Positions 50,093 to 60,220 are shown, counted from the stretch's first letter. The stretch is 64,000 nt of DNA from Candidatus Spongiihabitans sp. (GCF_965237845.1 NZ_OZ250154.1:2391228-2455227), one strand, 5' to 3'. The notes: generated by a model from the sequence alone, not told the origin. Numbers and translations are program-made.

Positions 50093-50463
50093 TTTTCAAC
50101 ACTATATGGGCGAGTGCATACTCTGTCAAGAAAGAAATAGGGGGTTTAGAGGGTAAAAATCGTCTATTTTTAAGGGAAATGAAGGTTTTCGCGCCCTTAT
50201 AAGTTAATGTAAATTCTTGATTTAGTGTATAACAATTCGTTATGCTTGAATAAACTGACACCAAAATTCAAAAGTATCCTTGAATTATGCGCTTGAATCC
50301 TCCCCCATTAAGTCGTTGAGTAAAAATTATAATTTTTCAAATTTTATGCGGAAATAGTCAATGTCATCAGCATCATCCAATTGATTCAGGCGAGCCAGGA
50401 TCTTAAAAATGTTAGTTCCGCAGCGCATTCGGCTAAATAACCAACCGGGCTGAATAAGGCAGA

Positions 50464-51063
50464 TCACGAATCAATGGCATCGAGAAACATTTTTACGAAA
50501 CGATAGGTGAGTCCCCATAATACTTTTCCTGACCGAAACTGAATGCCGGGATATGGTTTTTCCGCGCAGACGGTTTGGTATTGGATTTGGGCGGATAATG
50601 CTGGCGGGTGTAACAGGTCATCAACCTTGATCCAGAAACTATCGCCCACCTCCGGGCTATGACTGACCACTTGGGGCGAGTCGAGATTAAAAACGAAACA
50701 ACTGATAATCAATGAAATATCCCGATTATTATTCCTGCCCGGTTGGTCATCCAGACGCCCCAGCAGCGCATTAGCCGGTAACCTTATCCCAACCTCCTCA
50801 TCGGTTTCCCGCCGTGCGGTTGCGGCGATATCTTCGTCCCAACGGTCGCAGTTGCCACCTGGGAAAGCGATTTGCCCTGACCATGGGTCATTTTTATTTT
50901 CCGCTCTTTGTATGAAGAACATTTCAGGATCGGTATCCAGATTACGTAATATGAGTGCCACCGAAGCTGATTTGTTGTCGCCGATTTTGATTAATTTGGG
51001 GCGGTATTCCCTAATCCTTGGCACTATACGCCTTGGCGCTCTCAACTTTGGCGAATGGTTCAC
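50464..51063 (-). CDS. NUDIX hydrolase, CoA pyrophosphatase-like
   Basis: GQIAFPGGNCDRWDEDIAATARRETDEEVGI Nudix box, with the upstream RAENKNDPWSG typical of the NudL/CoAse subgroup. Confidence 0.7.
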   Translation of the reverse strand: MNHSPKLRAPRRIVPRIREYRPKLIKIGDNKSASVALILRNLDTDPEMFFIQRAENKNDPWSGQIAFPGGNCDRWDEDIAATARRETDEEVGIRLPANALLGRLDDQPGRNNNRDISLIISCFVFNLDSPQVVSHSPEVGDSFWIKVDDLLHPPALSAQIQYQTVCAEKPYPGIQFRSGKVLWGLTYRFVKMFLDAIDS

Positions 51064-51069
51064 AACAAG

Positions 51070-51789
51070 CTAACTTTCAGGAACGCCTTCAACCAATTCA
51101 TGCAATCGTTTACAATCCTCAATAATAAGCCGTTTTCGATGACGCTTAATTAACCCCGCTTTTTCCAGTTTTTTTAGCTCGCGGCTTACCGCCTCTCTGG
51201 TGCAACTTACTCGACTGGCGAGTTCTGCATGAGTGGGAGGATTATTGATTCGAGCGACACCATCAAAGTCCAAATTTTCTTTTGAAATACGCAGCAGTTG
51301 TGCGTGAATCCGCTTGCTTACATCCAAAGTGGCATACTCAAAAATTCGATCGCACAATTGTCGCACTATCCCGGTCAGTTGCTGGAGCATTTCAATACAA
51401 ACAGCCGGATATTTTTGCAATATCTTGAGAAAGTCGCTCGGCGACACAATGGTTATTGTTGTGTCGGACAACGCAATCACGTTAGCCGATCGCGGTTTTC
51501 CATCGATCGCTGAAAACCCCCCGAAGTTGCCGCCAGCCGCAATGTCAATGAAACTGACTTCCTTGCCTTCATTGGAAAAAAGGGTAACTCTTACACGTCC
51601 AGCATTGATTAGATATAAATTGGTATCGCGATCCATGACCCGAACGATGTACTTGCCTTTCTTGAACTTCTTACTGACAGATTTTTTCAATAGCCGTTCG
51701 CGGTCTTCCTTGGTGAGTAGTCTAAGAAATAATTTGCACTGTTTTTTATTGTATTCAACCATGGTTATTTTTATTCGATTCGTGTTCAA
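51070..51789 (-). CDS. Crp/Fnr-family transcriptional regulator
   Basis: cNMP-binding beta-barrel (GNFGGFSAIDGKPRSANVIA) and a C-terminal HTH (THAELASRVSCTREAVSRELKKLEKAGLI). Confidence 0.8.
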   Translation of the reverse strand: MNTNRIKITMVEYNKKQCKLFLRLLTKEDRERLLKKSVSKKFKKGKYIVRVMDRDTNLYLINAGRVRVTLFSNEGKEVSFIDIAAGGNFGGFSAIDGKPRSANVIALSDTTITIVSPSDFLKILQKYPAVCIEMLQQLTGIVRQLCDRIFEYATLDVSKRIHAQLLRISKENLDFDGVARINNPPTHAELASRVSCTREAVSRELKKLEKAGLIKRHRKRLIIEDCKRLHELVEGVPES

Positions 51790-51946
51790 AAATTATCATT
51801 GCATCAACTTAATCATGGTATTGTTTTGAGGTGCTGGGCTAAACGATTTTATCGTTTAGCCAAAATAATGATATCGAAACAACACACTACCGAAAATAAA
51901 CCATTACTTCAACAGCGTTTGGACGCTCGGCTGTGAAAAAACCATA

Positions 51947-52915
51947 ATGAAAGGCGTGATTCTCGATAAAGACTCATTCGACCGAGGGGATATCGACTTG
52001 AAAAAACTTCTGCAACATCCAGTTGAATGGACCGATTATGCCAGCACATCGCCCGCCCAAATTAAACACCGGATAAAGGGGCGTGAAATAATAATTACAA
52101 ACAAAGTTGAACTGAATAAGGATTTGCTCGAATCAACAAATTGTTTGAAACTAATTATGATCGCCGCAACCGGCACCGATAATGTTGATCTCGACGAATG
52201 TCGCGCAACAGGCATCACCGTTTGCAATGCCAGACATTATGCGACCCCTGCTGTCGTTCAGCACACCTTTGCGCTGATGCTCAATTTATTGACCAATCAA
52301 TTTCGATATCATCAAGCTGTAGCAGCGGGCGCATGGTGCAACAGCAATGTATTTTGTTTGCTCGACTATCCGATCGTCGAAATCCAGAATAAAACTTTGG
52401 GAATAATTGGTTATGGCGCTTTGGGCAAAAAAGTCGCTGAGATCGCTAAAGCGTTTGGAATGTTTGTCCAAATATGTCAAAGGCCAGGAGGTAAAAAGGA
52501 GTCCGGCAGGATTTCATTTAAGCAAATACTCGCTGATTCCGATGTGCTGACGATCCATTGCCCGCTCACGCCGGATACGCTGAATTTGCTTGGGGAAAAT
52601 GAATTTAATCGCATGAAATCCAATGCCATTATTATTAACACCGCGCGCGGGGCAATCATAGACTCGGAGGCGTTGGTAAATGCGCTGAAAAAAGGGCAAA
52701 TTGCAGGCGCGGGAATCGATGTTTTAAGCGAGGAACCGCCTCCAAGTTCTGAGCCATTATTACAACCGGCCTTATTGCAACAAGATGCCCCAAACCTGAT
52801 CGTTACACCACACAATGCCTGGGCAACCAGAGAATCCCGACAGCGTCTGGTCGATCAAATTACGGAAATTTTAGGTAAATGGTTAAGCGGTCACCCGATA
52901 AATGTTGTCAGCTAA
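51947..52915 (+). CDS. D-isomer-specific 2-hydroxyacid dehydrogenase (glycerate dehydrogenase / hydroxypyruvate reductase-like)
   Basis: GIIGYGALGKKVA NAD-binding motif, INTARGAIID and VTPHNAWAT. Confidence 0.85.
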   Translation: MKGVILDKDSFDRGDIDLKKLLQHPVEWTDYASTSPAQIKHRIKGREIIITNKVELNKDLLESTNCLKLIMIAATGTDNVDLDECRATGITVCNARHYATPAVVQHTFALMLNLLTNQFRYHQAVAAGAWCNSNVFCLLDYPIVEIQNKTLGIIGYGALGKKVAEIAKAFGMFVQICQRPGGKKESGRISFKQILADSDVLTIHCPLTPDTLNLLGENEFNRMKSNAIIINTARGAIIDSEALVNALKKGQIAGAGIDVLSEEPPPSSEPLLQPALLQQDAPNLIVTPHNAWATRESRQRLVDQITEILGKWLSGHPINVVS

Positions 52916-54087
52916 TGCTCGCTCCTCCCCTGTCCCTGTACATTCATTTTCCGTGGTGCATTAAAAAATGCCCGTATTGCGATTTCAACTCCCACGCACT
53001 GAAGGGCGCGCTCAATGCGAAAAAACATGAGGAAAAATATATCAAGGCATTGCTAAGTGACCTTGATGCCGATCTTGATGTCGATGTTGCGGCTGCAACC
53101 AAAGACCGAAAATTGATTTCCATTTTTATAGGCGGCGGCACGCCGAGTTTGTTTTCGGCAAAATCGTTTTCAATGCTTTTGGATCAAATCAAGCAGCGCA
53201 TAGCATTGGATGCCAATATTGAAATCACGCTGGAAGCCAATCCTGGGACGCTTGAACACGATCAATTTGAGGCTTATCTGGAATCTGGCATTAATCGGCT
53301 TTCCCTCGGCGTACAAAGCTTTGATGACCGACAATTAAAAACCCTCGGCCGGATTCATGATTCCAGCGCTGCCGAAAACGCGATACAAGCGGCCAAGACC
53401 GCGGGGTTTAAAAACTTTAACCTGGATTTGATGTATGGCTTACCTGATCAATCCGCGCAAATGGCGGTACAGGATTGTCTGCGCGCCATCAGCTACTCAC
53501 CAACGCATTTATCTTTTTATCAACTGACCATCGAACCTAATACCTATTTTTATCAATTCCCGCCCCGACTCCCTGACCACGATCAGCAAATCGAAATACA
53601 AACTGCATTGCAAAATACATTACACCAACACGACTACCGACAATACGAAGTCTCGGCATATGCCCAACCCGGCCGCGAATGCAAACATAATTTAAACTAC
53701 TGGCAGTTTGGCGACTATCTCGGCATCGGCGCTGGCGCCCACTCTAAATTAACCGGCGATGGCAGCGTTGTGCGCAGCTGGAAACAAAAACATCCTGAAA
53801 CCTACATGGCGCATATTGAAAACAATACGCCGTATAAAATGGAAAACCCAGTGCCGCAAAAAGAGCTCCTGTTCGAATTCATGATGAACGCCCTGCGCCT
53901 CAAAGACGGCATCAAATTAACGGCATTGCAACAACGCACCGGGCTTCCCGGCAATTTGGCTATCACCGCATTGCAACGCGCAATTAACCAAAAATGGGTG
54001 GAAATAACCGATGAAACTATTCGATGCACTGAGCCGGGCTATTTATTTATCGATGAAATATTGCAAGACCTGTTGCCGGCGTCGTGA
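52915..54087 (+). CDS. hemW: Radical SAM heme chaperone HemW (HemN-like, oxygen-independent coproporphyrinogen oxidase family)
   Basis: LYIHFPWCIKKCPYCDF radical-SAM CxxxCxxC motif, GGGTPS and LSLGVQSF. The start ATG overlaps the preceding stop (TAATG). Confidence 0.85.
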   Translation: MLAPPLSLYIHFPWCIKKCPYCDFNSHALKGALNAKKHEEKYIKALLSDLDADLDVDVAAATKDRKLISIFIGGGTPSLFSAKSFSMLLDQIKQRIALDANIEITLEANPGTLEHDQFEAYLESGINRLSLGVQSFDDRQLKTLGRIHDSSAAENAIQAAKTAGFKNFNLDLMYGLPDQSAQMAVQDCLRAISYSPTHLSFYQLTIEPNTYFYQFPPRLPDHDQQIEIQTALQNTLHQHDYRQYEVSAYAQPGRECKHNLNYWQFGDYLGIGAGAHSKLTGDGSVVRSWKQKHPETYMAHIENNTPYKMENPVPQKELLFEFMMNALRLKDGIKLTALQQRTGLPGNLAITALQRAINQKWVEITDETIRCTEPGYLFIDEILQDLLPAS

Positions 54088-54151
54088 GTCCAGATAAATC
54101 ATTTTCTCTTTAATGCCAACAATCCGGAATACCGCAGACCGCATCGACGCG

Positions 54152-55093
54152 CTAGGCGCACGAGTCGAATAACACGACGCTGCGGATAGATTCACCGGAG
54201 TGCATCAAGTCAAAGGCGTGATTAATCTTATCCAGCGGCATGGTATGGGTAATCAAATCATCAATATTAATTTTTCCGTCCATATACCAATCAACAATTT
54301 TTGGCACATCGGTTCGTCCGCGCGCGCCGCCATTGGTAATGTCAACAATATTAGCGACCAAATCACCTTCGACCTGCTTCGGATTGACAAAGTGTGTCAT
54401 ACCAAATTTTTCTGCAAGCGGTTGACGTTTGGGATTGATGTCAACGCCAACAATCTTATCCGCGCCAGCAAGCCGCGCGCCTTGCACAACATTCAACCCA
54501 ATGCCGCCGAGACCAAAGACAACCACATTGTCGCCCGGCTGCACTTTTGCGGTATTGATGACCGCACCGATTCCAGTAGTTACACCACAACCAATGTAAC
54601 AAACTTTATCGAACGGGGCATCTTCGCGAATTTTTGCTACGGCAATTTCCGGCAATACCGTGTAATTAGAAAACGTCGAGGTACCCATATAATGGAAAAT
54701 CCTTTGTTTGCCCATGGAAAATCTGCTGCTGCCATCGGGCATCAGCCCCTGCCCCTGAGTAACGCGGATTGCTTGGCAAAGGTTAGTCTTACCGCTAGTG
54801 CAATAGTCGCACTGGCGACATTCCGGCGTATATAGCGGGATGACGTGATCGCCTTTTTTTACACTGGTAACGCCCTCGCCAACCTCGACAACAATACCCG
54901 CGCCCTCATGCCCGAGGATGGCTGGGAACAAGCCCTCGGGGTCGGCGCCAGAGCGGGTGAATTCATCGGTATGACAAATTCCCGTAGCCTTAATCTCTAT
55001 CAGCACCTCGCCGGCTTTGGGGCCGTCGAGTTGAACCGTTTCAATTACCAGCGGTTTCCCCGCTTCGTAGGCAACCGCCGCTCGTGATTTCAT
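54152..55093 (-). CDS. frmA: Class III alcohol dehydrogenase / S-(hydroxymethyl)glutathione dehydrogenase carrying a roughly 58-aa internal in-frame deletion
   Basis: [33 protein letters not shown] and FGLGGIGL. It is 313 aa, against about 370 aa for the family. The sequence jumps from DITNGGA directly to [13 protein letters not shown], so the block between the two conserved GGV motifs is missing. Confidence 0.85.
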   Translation of the reverse strand: MKSRAAVAYEAGKPLVIETVQLDGPKAGEVLIEIKATGICHTDEFTRSGADPEGLFPAILGHEGAGIVVEVGEGVTSVKKGDHVIPLYTPECRQCDYCTSGKTNLCQAIRVTQGQGLMPDGSSRFSMGKQRIFHYMGTSTFSNYTVLPEIAVAKIREDAPFDKVCYIGCGVTTGIGAVINTAKVQPGDNVVVFGLGGIGLNVVQGARLAGADKIVGVDINPKRQPLAEKFGMTHFVNPKQVEGDLVANIVDITNGGARGRTDVPKIVDWYMDGKINIDDLITHTMPLDKINHAFDLMHSGESIRSVVLFDSCA

Positions 55094-55137
55094 CTAAACT
55101 ACCCTCTAGTCCGCCCTACAGGAATTCTAATTTTTTG

Positions 55138-55156
55138 TCCCGATAATTTATCGGGA
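55138..55156. promoter_or_regulatory. Perfect 9-1-9 palindrome tcccgataa-t-ttatcggga upstream of frmA (candidate operator)
   Basis: Read directly from the sequence. It lies 45-63 nt upstream of the frmA ATG (55093). Confidence 0.35.
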
Positions 55157-55476
55157 TGTTTAATTACGTGATCGGCATCAAAGTCAAATAATCCCATTTC
55201 ATTCTCCACCGATTCTACATTATCAAAAGCCAACTTTAACATTCCAAATTGATATTTTCTATCCATTGTATAGGTTCATAACATCTGGCACTCCGGGTGG
55301 CTGATAAACAGGGATTGTACAGGGGAGCGCAGGGCCAGGGCTTGGCGAGGCCGCTCAGTGTTGTAAAACACCAGCAACGCCTATGCGCCGAACTCCTTGC
55401 CGTTTGATGTTCCCATTGAATTGGCGGGCGCAGCCCACCCTGCGGCCGGTCGGCGACCGCCTGCTGACGCCGAAGG

Positions 55477-55988
55477 TTAAAACCGCATCTCGCCCTTGAT
55501 CAGGATGGCATGTTCGGCCGGGCCGCCGCCCTCGCCATTTTCCTGTCTGATAAATCTGAGATGCGCCTTCATCAGGATTGGTCATAAGCATATCTGTGCG
55601 ACCATTCTGCAGATCGATATACAAGGCTTCACTTGTATCGTAAAAAACAACTTCGGCTTCGGGCAACTTGGCTTCAAACAAGCTGGCATAGACGGAAGCG
55701 CGCTCAACTCCAACTTTAAGGTCCTTGAAATTAACCGCTATTGCCATGCCTGCACTGGAAAACATATGCAAGATCTGCGCCAACCAGTTCGGCCATATCT
55801 TTTGCTACGTCAACACCGTAACCGGCGAGTTCGCCTTCCGCCGTTTTATAGTTAAACGGCGCATAGGCGCACACCATCCCAACACGCAGAGTTTCCGCGG
55901 ATACGGTGCCAAAGCCAATACAAAGAAAGCAAGCAGGTAGTCTCGAATAGCAATTGCCTGAGCCTGGACAGTACTGAGTTACATACAT
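55477..55988 (-). pseudogene. Periplasmic substrate-binding protein (family-3 / MxaJ-like) pseudogene with frameshifts and an internal deletion
   Basis: Signal peptide plus ETLRVGMVCAYAPFNYKTAEGELAGYGVDVAKDMAELVGADL in one frame. MAIAVNFKDLKVGVERASVYASLFEAKLPEAEVVFYDTSEALYIDLQNGRTDMLMTNPDEG is in a second frame, and the ending ...GEMRF* is in a third. Confidence 0.6.
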
Positions 55989-56031
55989 GTACCATATTCA
56001 TCGATACACCGCATCCGGGATACAAGCAGCT

Positions 56032-56163
56032 CTGGGGGCGGTTGTTGGTGGCGAAGCGTTCACGCCAGGCTTTACTCGAATGTAATGTGCGCCCATCATT
56101 CTTTATCCTCCAATCATTGGCATGTTTGAGTGATTTAATGTTTGGCACAAAAAGCGTTTCATC
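56032..56163 (-). mobile_element. Remnant of a transposase (rve/DDE integrase C-terminal end)
   Basis: ETLFVPNIKSLKHANDWRIKNDGRTLHSS aligns position-for-position with the common GEIFYSLREAQ..IE.WRR.YN..RPHSS tail of IS3/IS481-type transposases. No catalytic core or inverted repeats are present. Confidence 0.45.
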
Positions 56164-56189
56164 TACTAATTTTATCTGCTTCATTGCGA

Positions 56190-57269
56190 CTATTCCCACT
56201 CTAACTCCTGGTAAGCGCGCAAGATATTGCGTGGGTGAAAAATCTCCATCAACCGCCAATCGCCAAACGATGTCGCGTTGTTTGAGGCGTCTTTGTTTTT
56301 AATTGTCTGTTCAGCGTCCACTAGGGCGGATTGCAAAGAGATTCCATCGGAAATTTGCTGCCGAATACTGTTCATCAAGGTGGCAAAATACTGCCATTGC
56401 TTTTGCCATTTCCCTTGCCAGTCAGGCTCTGGTCGCCCATGTCCGGGTACAATCAAATTTGCCGAATACTCCTCGATCACATTGCGGCTGTTTAGAACCC
56501 CTTTCAGACTCGCCTCAAAGGTTGGCACATGGTCCACAAAAAACATATCACCCGCCCATAGTGTTTGGTTTATTTCATCCCAGAGTACCAAATCATTATT
56601 AGTGTGGGAGACTGGCAATGTACTAATGCGTAAATCGCGCCCACCAATACTGACCATCACCGTCTCATCAACGGCTTGTATGCGATTAGCATAATTCTCA
56701 AGCGAGAATGTGGAAAGATTGTTTGCCTGCGTTGTTTCCCCTCCAAGCGCGTCATTTAGCCCCGCAATATCCTTGACCATCCGCTGAGCAAGCGCGGGCA
56801 CTAAAGCATGATTTACGAGCAGTTGTGCGTCGGTTTTCTCAAGCAGGGTCGGCAAACCCATCCAATGGTCTGGATGGGCATGGGTGATGATAATGTGGCT
56901 GATGGGTAATTCAGAAATGTGTTGGATTTCGCTCAACAGCTGTTCAGCAACGAACGATGAGCCTCCTGAGTCAATAATCGCAATGGAATGCTGGCCAATT
57001 AATACTCCTATGTTTGCTATATCTCCTTGATTACTCGCATTAAGCAAGGCCACCTCTCCATAGTGAATATAGCTAGCGCTCGACTCAGGAGATGCTTCTA
57101 CAACATTATTTATTTGTTGGAGCGGTTGTAAGAAAGAGCCTGCTTGAACCAATCCGGGCAAACAGAATAAACCCATTATTAACCCGGCCCTGTGTAGCTT
57201 TCGTATGTGAACAAGGAGGAAATTTACGCTACAACGAGTATGAATATCTGGATAAATCTTGGCTATCAC
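56190..57269 (-). CDS. MBL-fold metallo-hydrolase (quinoprotein-relay-system zinc metallohydrolase-like), secreted
   Basis: IITHAHPDHWMG (HxHxDH), a later VPGHG, and an N-terminal signal-like GLFCLPGLVQAG. The start may be an internal Met. Confidence 0.7.
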   Translation of the reverse strand: MIAKIYPDIHTRCSVNFLLVHIRKLHRAGLIMGLFCLPGLVQAGSFLQPLQQINNVVEASPESSASYIHYGEVALLNASNQGDIANIGVLIGQHSIAIIDSGGSSFVAEQLLSEIQHISELPISHIIITHAHPDHWMGLPTLLEKTDAQLLVNHALVPALAQRMVKDIAGLNDALGGETTQANNLSTFSLENYANRIQAVDETVMVSIGGRDLRISTLPVSHTNNDLVLWDEINQTLWAGDMFFVDHVPTFEASLKGVLNSRNVIEEYSANLIVPGHGRPEPDWQGKWQKQWQYFATLMNSIRQQISDGISLQSALVDAEQTIKNKDASNNATSFGDWRLMEIFHPRNILRAYQELEWE

Positions 57270-57751
57270 TGTATTTACTGAATCATCGGCTCTATATTGA
57301 ATGGGTTAATACACGTCACACGACTATGGATATGCAGTATTTCCCGCTAACTTTAATTTGGGGGGGGGTTATTCGATATTTGCTGAAACATCTGCGTTTA
57401 CAGGGGCTCAACGACATCTGTGCAATGCATATTCCAAGGAAGATCCTGCTCATTCTCTACCAGACAAAAAATCACACGCCTTTCAACCGATTGATTATGG
57501 TATGCTGTTCCCTAGTAGAATTTCTGGTGGGGATTATCTGTAGGCATGGTGAAATTAATTAAGCATTACGTAACTGTTTAATCATTTCGTTACAAATGCT
57601 TAAACACAAGATACCACATAGTAATCTGATACTGTATGCATTTTGGTTTAATACCGAAGCAGTATGTCGGCTGCTCGTGCGGCATTATAAACCACTATAT
57701 CAAATGTGTCATTAACAAAACAGTTGGTAACCATTAGAGCCGCCTGCATCC

Positions 57752-58225
57752 ATGCAGAGAGAAAACATGCATACTAAAATAACACCCCTTGCCTCGGACC
57801 TCTCTCGTCAGTACATTGTGATTGTTATGATTTTCCTTATGGCAATAGTTTGGGTATTTAAAGTCACTGCCCAAGAGACCTCAGCGGCGGAAAAAAACAA
57901 CGCTGTTAGTGAAGCATTTAAATACCCCGGCGAATACGTCAACCCCAATGGTGATGGTTATCCGACAGCGGTTAAAGTAGAATATGTAATGGGTTGCTTA
58001 GCCGCTAACGGAATGGATCTTGGAAATTTGGTAAAGTGCTCTTGTAGTATCGATTATATAGCCGCACAACTTTCATTTGAAAAATACACACAGGCAGACA
58101 CGGTGTTAAGGGCGCAGCTTGATCAAGGCACCAAAGGCGCAGTATTCCGGGAATCCGGGTGGGCTAAAGACATGGTGAATGAATTGCAAGAGATACAATC
58201 GGCATCATCATTAGAATGCTTCTAA
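57752..58225 (+). CDS. Hypothetical membrane-anchored or secreted protein
   Basis: 157 aa with an N-terminal hydrophobic segment, IVIVMIFLMAIVWVF. No motif recognised. Confidence 0.4.
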   Translation: MQRENMHTKITPLASDLSRQYIVIVMIFLMAIVWVFKVTAQETSAAEKNNAVSEAFKYPGEYVNPNGDGYPTAVKVEYVMGCLAANGMDLGNLVKCSCSIDYIAAQLSFEKYTQADTVLRAQLDQGTKGAVFRESGWAKDMVNELQEIQSASSLECF

Positions 58226-58444
58226 AGTGCCAATATCCTCTTATATACCAGCACTTACCCATTGGCATTCCTTAACTAATCTGGAAAAATGTGATTTTAG
58301 GTTGTGTATGCAGGACCTCAGTAAAATTTGAGGTCACCATTGGTGATCAGGCAATTTACTGGTTTTCTCAGGTGCGCCCAACTACTCTTTTTAGGTTTAA
58401 CCCAAAAGCATGCGGACATCAACTCCTGTGGGGTGCTCAGGTGT

Positions 58445-59371
58445 TTACATTTGGTACACTGATGACCATTGTCGTTCAAAAAGTTTGAGCTTTGAATCAA
58501 CTGCATAGATATCAATCGCGCCACCCGTTTTTTTTGGAATGAAATCAAAGCGCAAGGTCGGGTTTTCGCTGAGAGAGAAGTTGGTTTCAAGCTTGAGTAT
58601 CTCCTCTTCATCATATTTCACACCGATTGTGTGAATAAAATAGGCGGGAATATAAAGCCGATTAATCTGATCAAACTGCATACCAGAATTATTGGGGTGC
58701 TTGATCTGGAAATTAAGCTGTATACGTTCGCGATTTTCACCCGTTACCGGACTGGATTCGAGTTTAAGTTTAAATTTGCCCACATTTGCCAATGCTGCTT
58801 CAGCATCACCTGAGGCCGGTGCTGAACAACCGCCAGAAGCCTTGACATATCGAGTTACCACATAAGCCTGGTCTTCATTGGTAATCGCTACGACCCTTAC
58901 ATAGGTATATTCATTAATTCGGATGCGCGTTTCGAGGTTTTGCCAGCCAGTATTGGGTGGAAACGTAAATTTACCTGCCAAGGGCGCCGGGTTGTTATCG
59001 GCGAAAAGATACAACGTTTTAATATATTGCCCGGTGGTCTGTGTTTGCAATGCCTTGATTGAAATAGGCACGAGCGCCGCATCATAGGCTCGCTCGGGCG
59101 CCTCCAGGCTAATCAGCGCGCTACCATCCTGTATTTCACGATCTCCCAGCACTGCACGCTTAACCGTCAGCCAACGCTGATTGACATTCACACCTTCATT
59201 AACACCTGATGAGTCACTATGGCCACTCAATGGGCTGTTCAATGGCGTCACGCTGACCGCCAACACTAATTCACTGCCTGTCAAGCTCAGCAACAATACG
59301 AATACGCCGCACCAGATACGATACACTGTAAACAGACAAATGCTTTGTTTAAATACCTGGATTGCTGTCAT
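58445..59371 (-). CDS. Fused SoxY-SoxZ-like carrier protein (quinoprotein dehydrogenase-associated type)
   Basis: Signal peptide, a mid-protein VKASGGCSAP (SoxY-type GGC carrier motif) and a SoxZ-like C-terminal half (IKHPNNSGMQFDQINRLYIPAYFIHTIGVKYD...SLSENPTLRFDF). The start is set at ATG 59371. Confidence 0.6.
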   Translation of the reverse strand: MTAIQVFKQSICLFTVYRIWCGVFVLLLSLTGSELVLAVSVTPLNSPLSGHSDSSGVNEGVNVNQRWLTVKRAVLGDREIQDGSALISLEAPERAYDAALVPISIKALQTQTTGQYIKTLYLFADNNPAPLAGKFTFPPNTGWQNLETRIRINEYTYVRVVAITNEDQAYVVTRYVKASGGCSAPASGDAEAALANVGKFKLKLESSPVTGENRERIQLNFQIKHPNNSGMQFDQINRLYIPAYFIHTIGVKYDEEEILKLETNFSLSENPTLRFDFIPKKTGGAIDIYAVDSKLKLFERQWSSVYQM

Positions 59372-59466
59372 CGGCTGCCTCCGAATAATTTCTGCTGCGT
59401 TAATCAAATTTATAACTCAAACAATTGTGAAAAATAGATCAAATTACTTACACCGAAGCTTATTAA

Positions 59467-60138
59467 TCACTTTACGTACTCTGCAATCGCGCGCGCCACA
59501 ACCCCCAGATTCTCTTCTATCCGAACAGGTTGTTCGCATAAGTCTATCAGAATATTTTCTCGATTGCGGAAGATTTGCTCAACCACTGCTATCTCTTCAG
59601 TCAGCTGATCAAGGGATGTTTCTGTCGCTAACAAATTATCTCGTTGTTCCAGTAAAAAGGTCAAATGATGCGCCAGGCCTTTTTGTTTTTTCGTGAATTT
59701 CTGGATGCCCTTTATATATTTTTGTCGCATTAGATTAAACTCGTTAAGTGTTGCCATAAACAAACCTGTTGCTGCTTCTGGTCGATTAGCCAAACTCGTG
59801 TCACCCAGAAATTGCTCAATCAGCGCGATCTCATTGTCACCAGCAGAAAACTGACCAGCCACTTTAGTGGCAAGGGTTTTAATTTTCGCATTTGATAACC
59901 ATCGGTCAGCGAGTTTCTCATCAAGCGGATAGGGCCAGACCACGGCAGCAGTAACTGTAGCCACTAATATTTGTGCACAGGGCCAATCATTTTCCTGCGC
60001 TTGCACATTCGCTTGCGCAGCAATCATCATCCCCAGCAATAATGTGCCGGCTTTTAGTGATGGAATTTGTTTCTGTTCAAGGTTCAAATCTTTTACAACT
60101 CTATTTATGACGGGCTTACTGAAGATACATTCGTTCAA
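59467..60138 (-). CDS. Hypothetical exported protein inside the quinoprotein accessory cluster
   Basis: 223 aa with a signal-like LLLGMMIAAQANVQA. It is predicted helical and has no recognised motif. Confidence 0.4.
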   Translation of the reverse strand: MNECIFSKPVINRVVKDLNLEQKQIPSLKAGTLLLGMMIAAQANVQAQENDWPCAQILVATVTAAVVWPYPLDEKLADRWLSNAKIKTLATKVAGQFSAGDNEIALIEQFLGDTSLANRPEAATGLFMATLNEFNLMRQKYIKGIQKFTKKQKGLAHHLTFLLEQRDNLLATETSLDQLTEEIAVVEQIFRNRENILIDLCEQPVRIEENLGVVARAIAEYVK

Positions 60139-60220
60139 TAGCGATAGTTGCGCTCTAGTCTTAGGTTATGACTTAATCACAGTAAGGCGTCTGTCAAATT
60201 ATTCCATAATCCGACGCACC

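Noticed and set aside
50245-50298. CTTGAAT heptamer occurring three times (50245, 50279, 50292) upstream of mraZ.
   Set aside because: It is a short AT-rich motif with irregular spacing in AT-rich DNA and could easily arise by chance. No known regulator is matched.
50100-50460. Possible RNase P RNA (rnpB) upstream of mraZ, as in Pseudomonas.
   Set aside because: The region is AT-rich and lacks the universally conserved GGAAAGUCCGG and ACAGAACCCGGCUUA-type blocks.
55099-55266. 56-aa minus-strand ORF (MDRKYQFGMLKLAFDNVESVENEMGLFDFDADHVIKHPDKLSGQKIRIPVGRTRG) upstream of frmA.
   Set aside because: No recognisable family or ribosome-binding site was confidently seen. It contains the palindromic candidate operator and the frmA Shine-Dalgarno region, so it is more likely non-coding. 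It is worth a BLASTP only.
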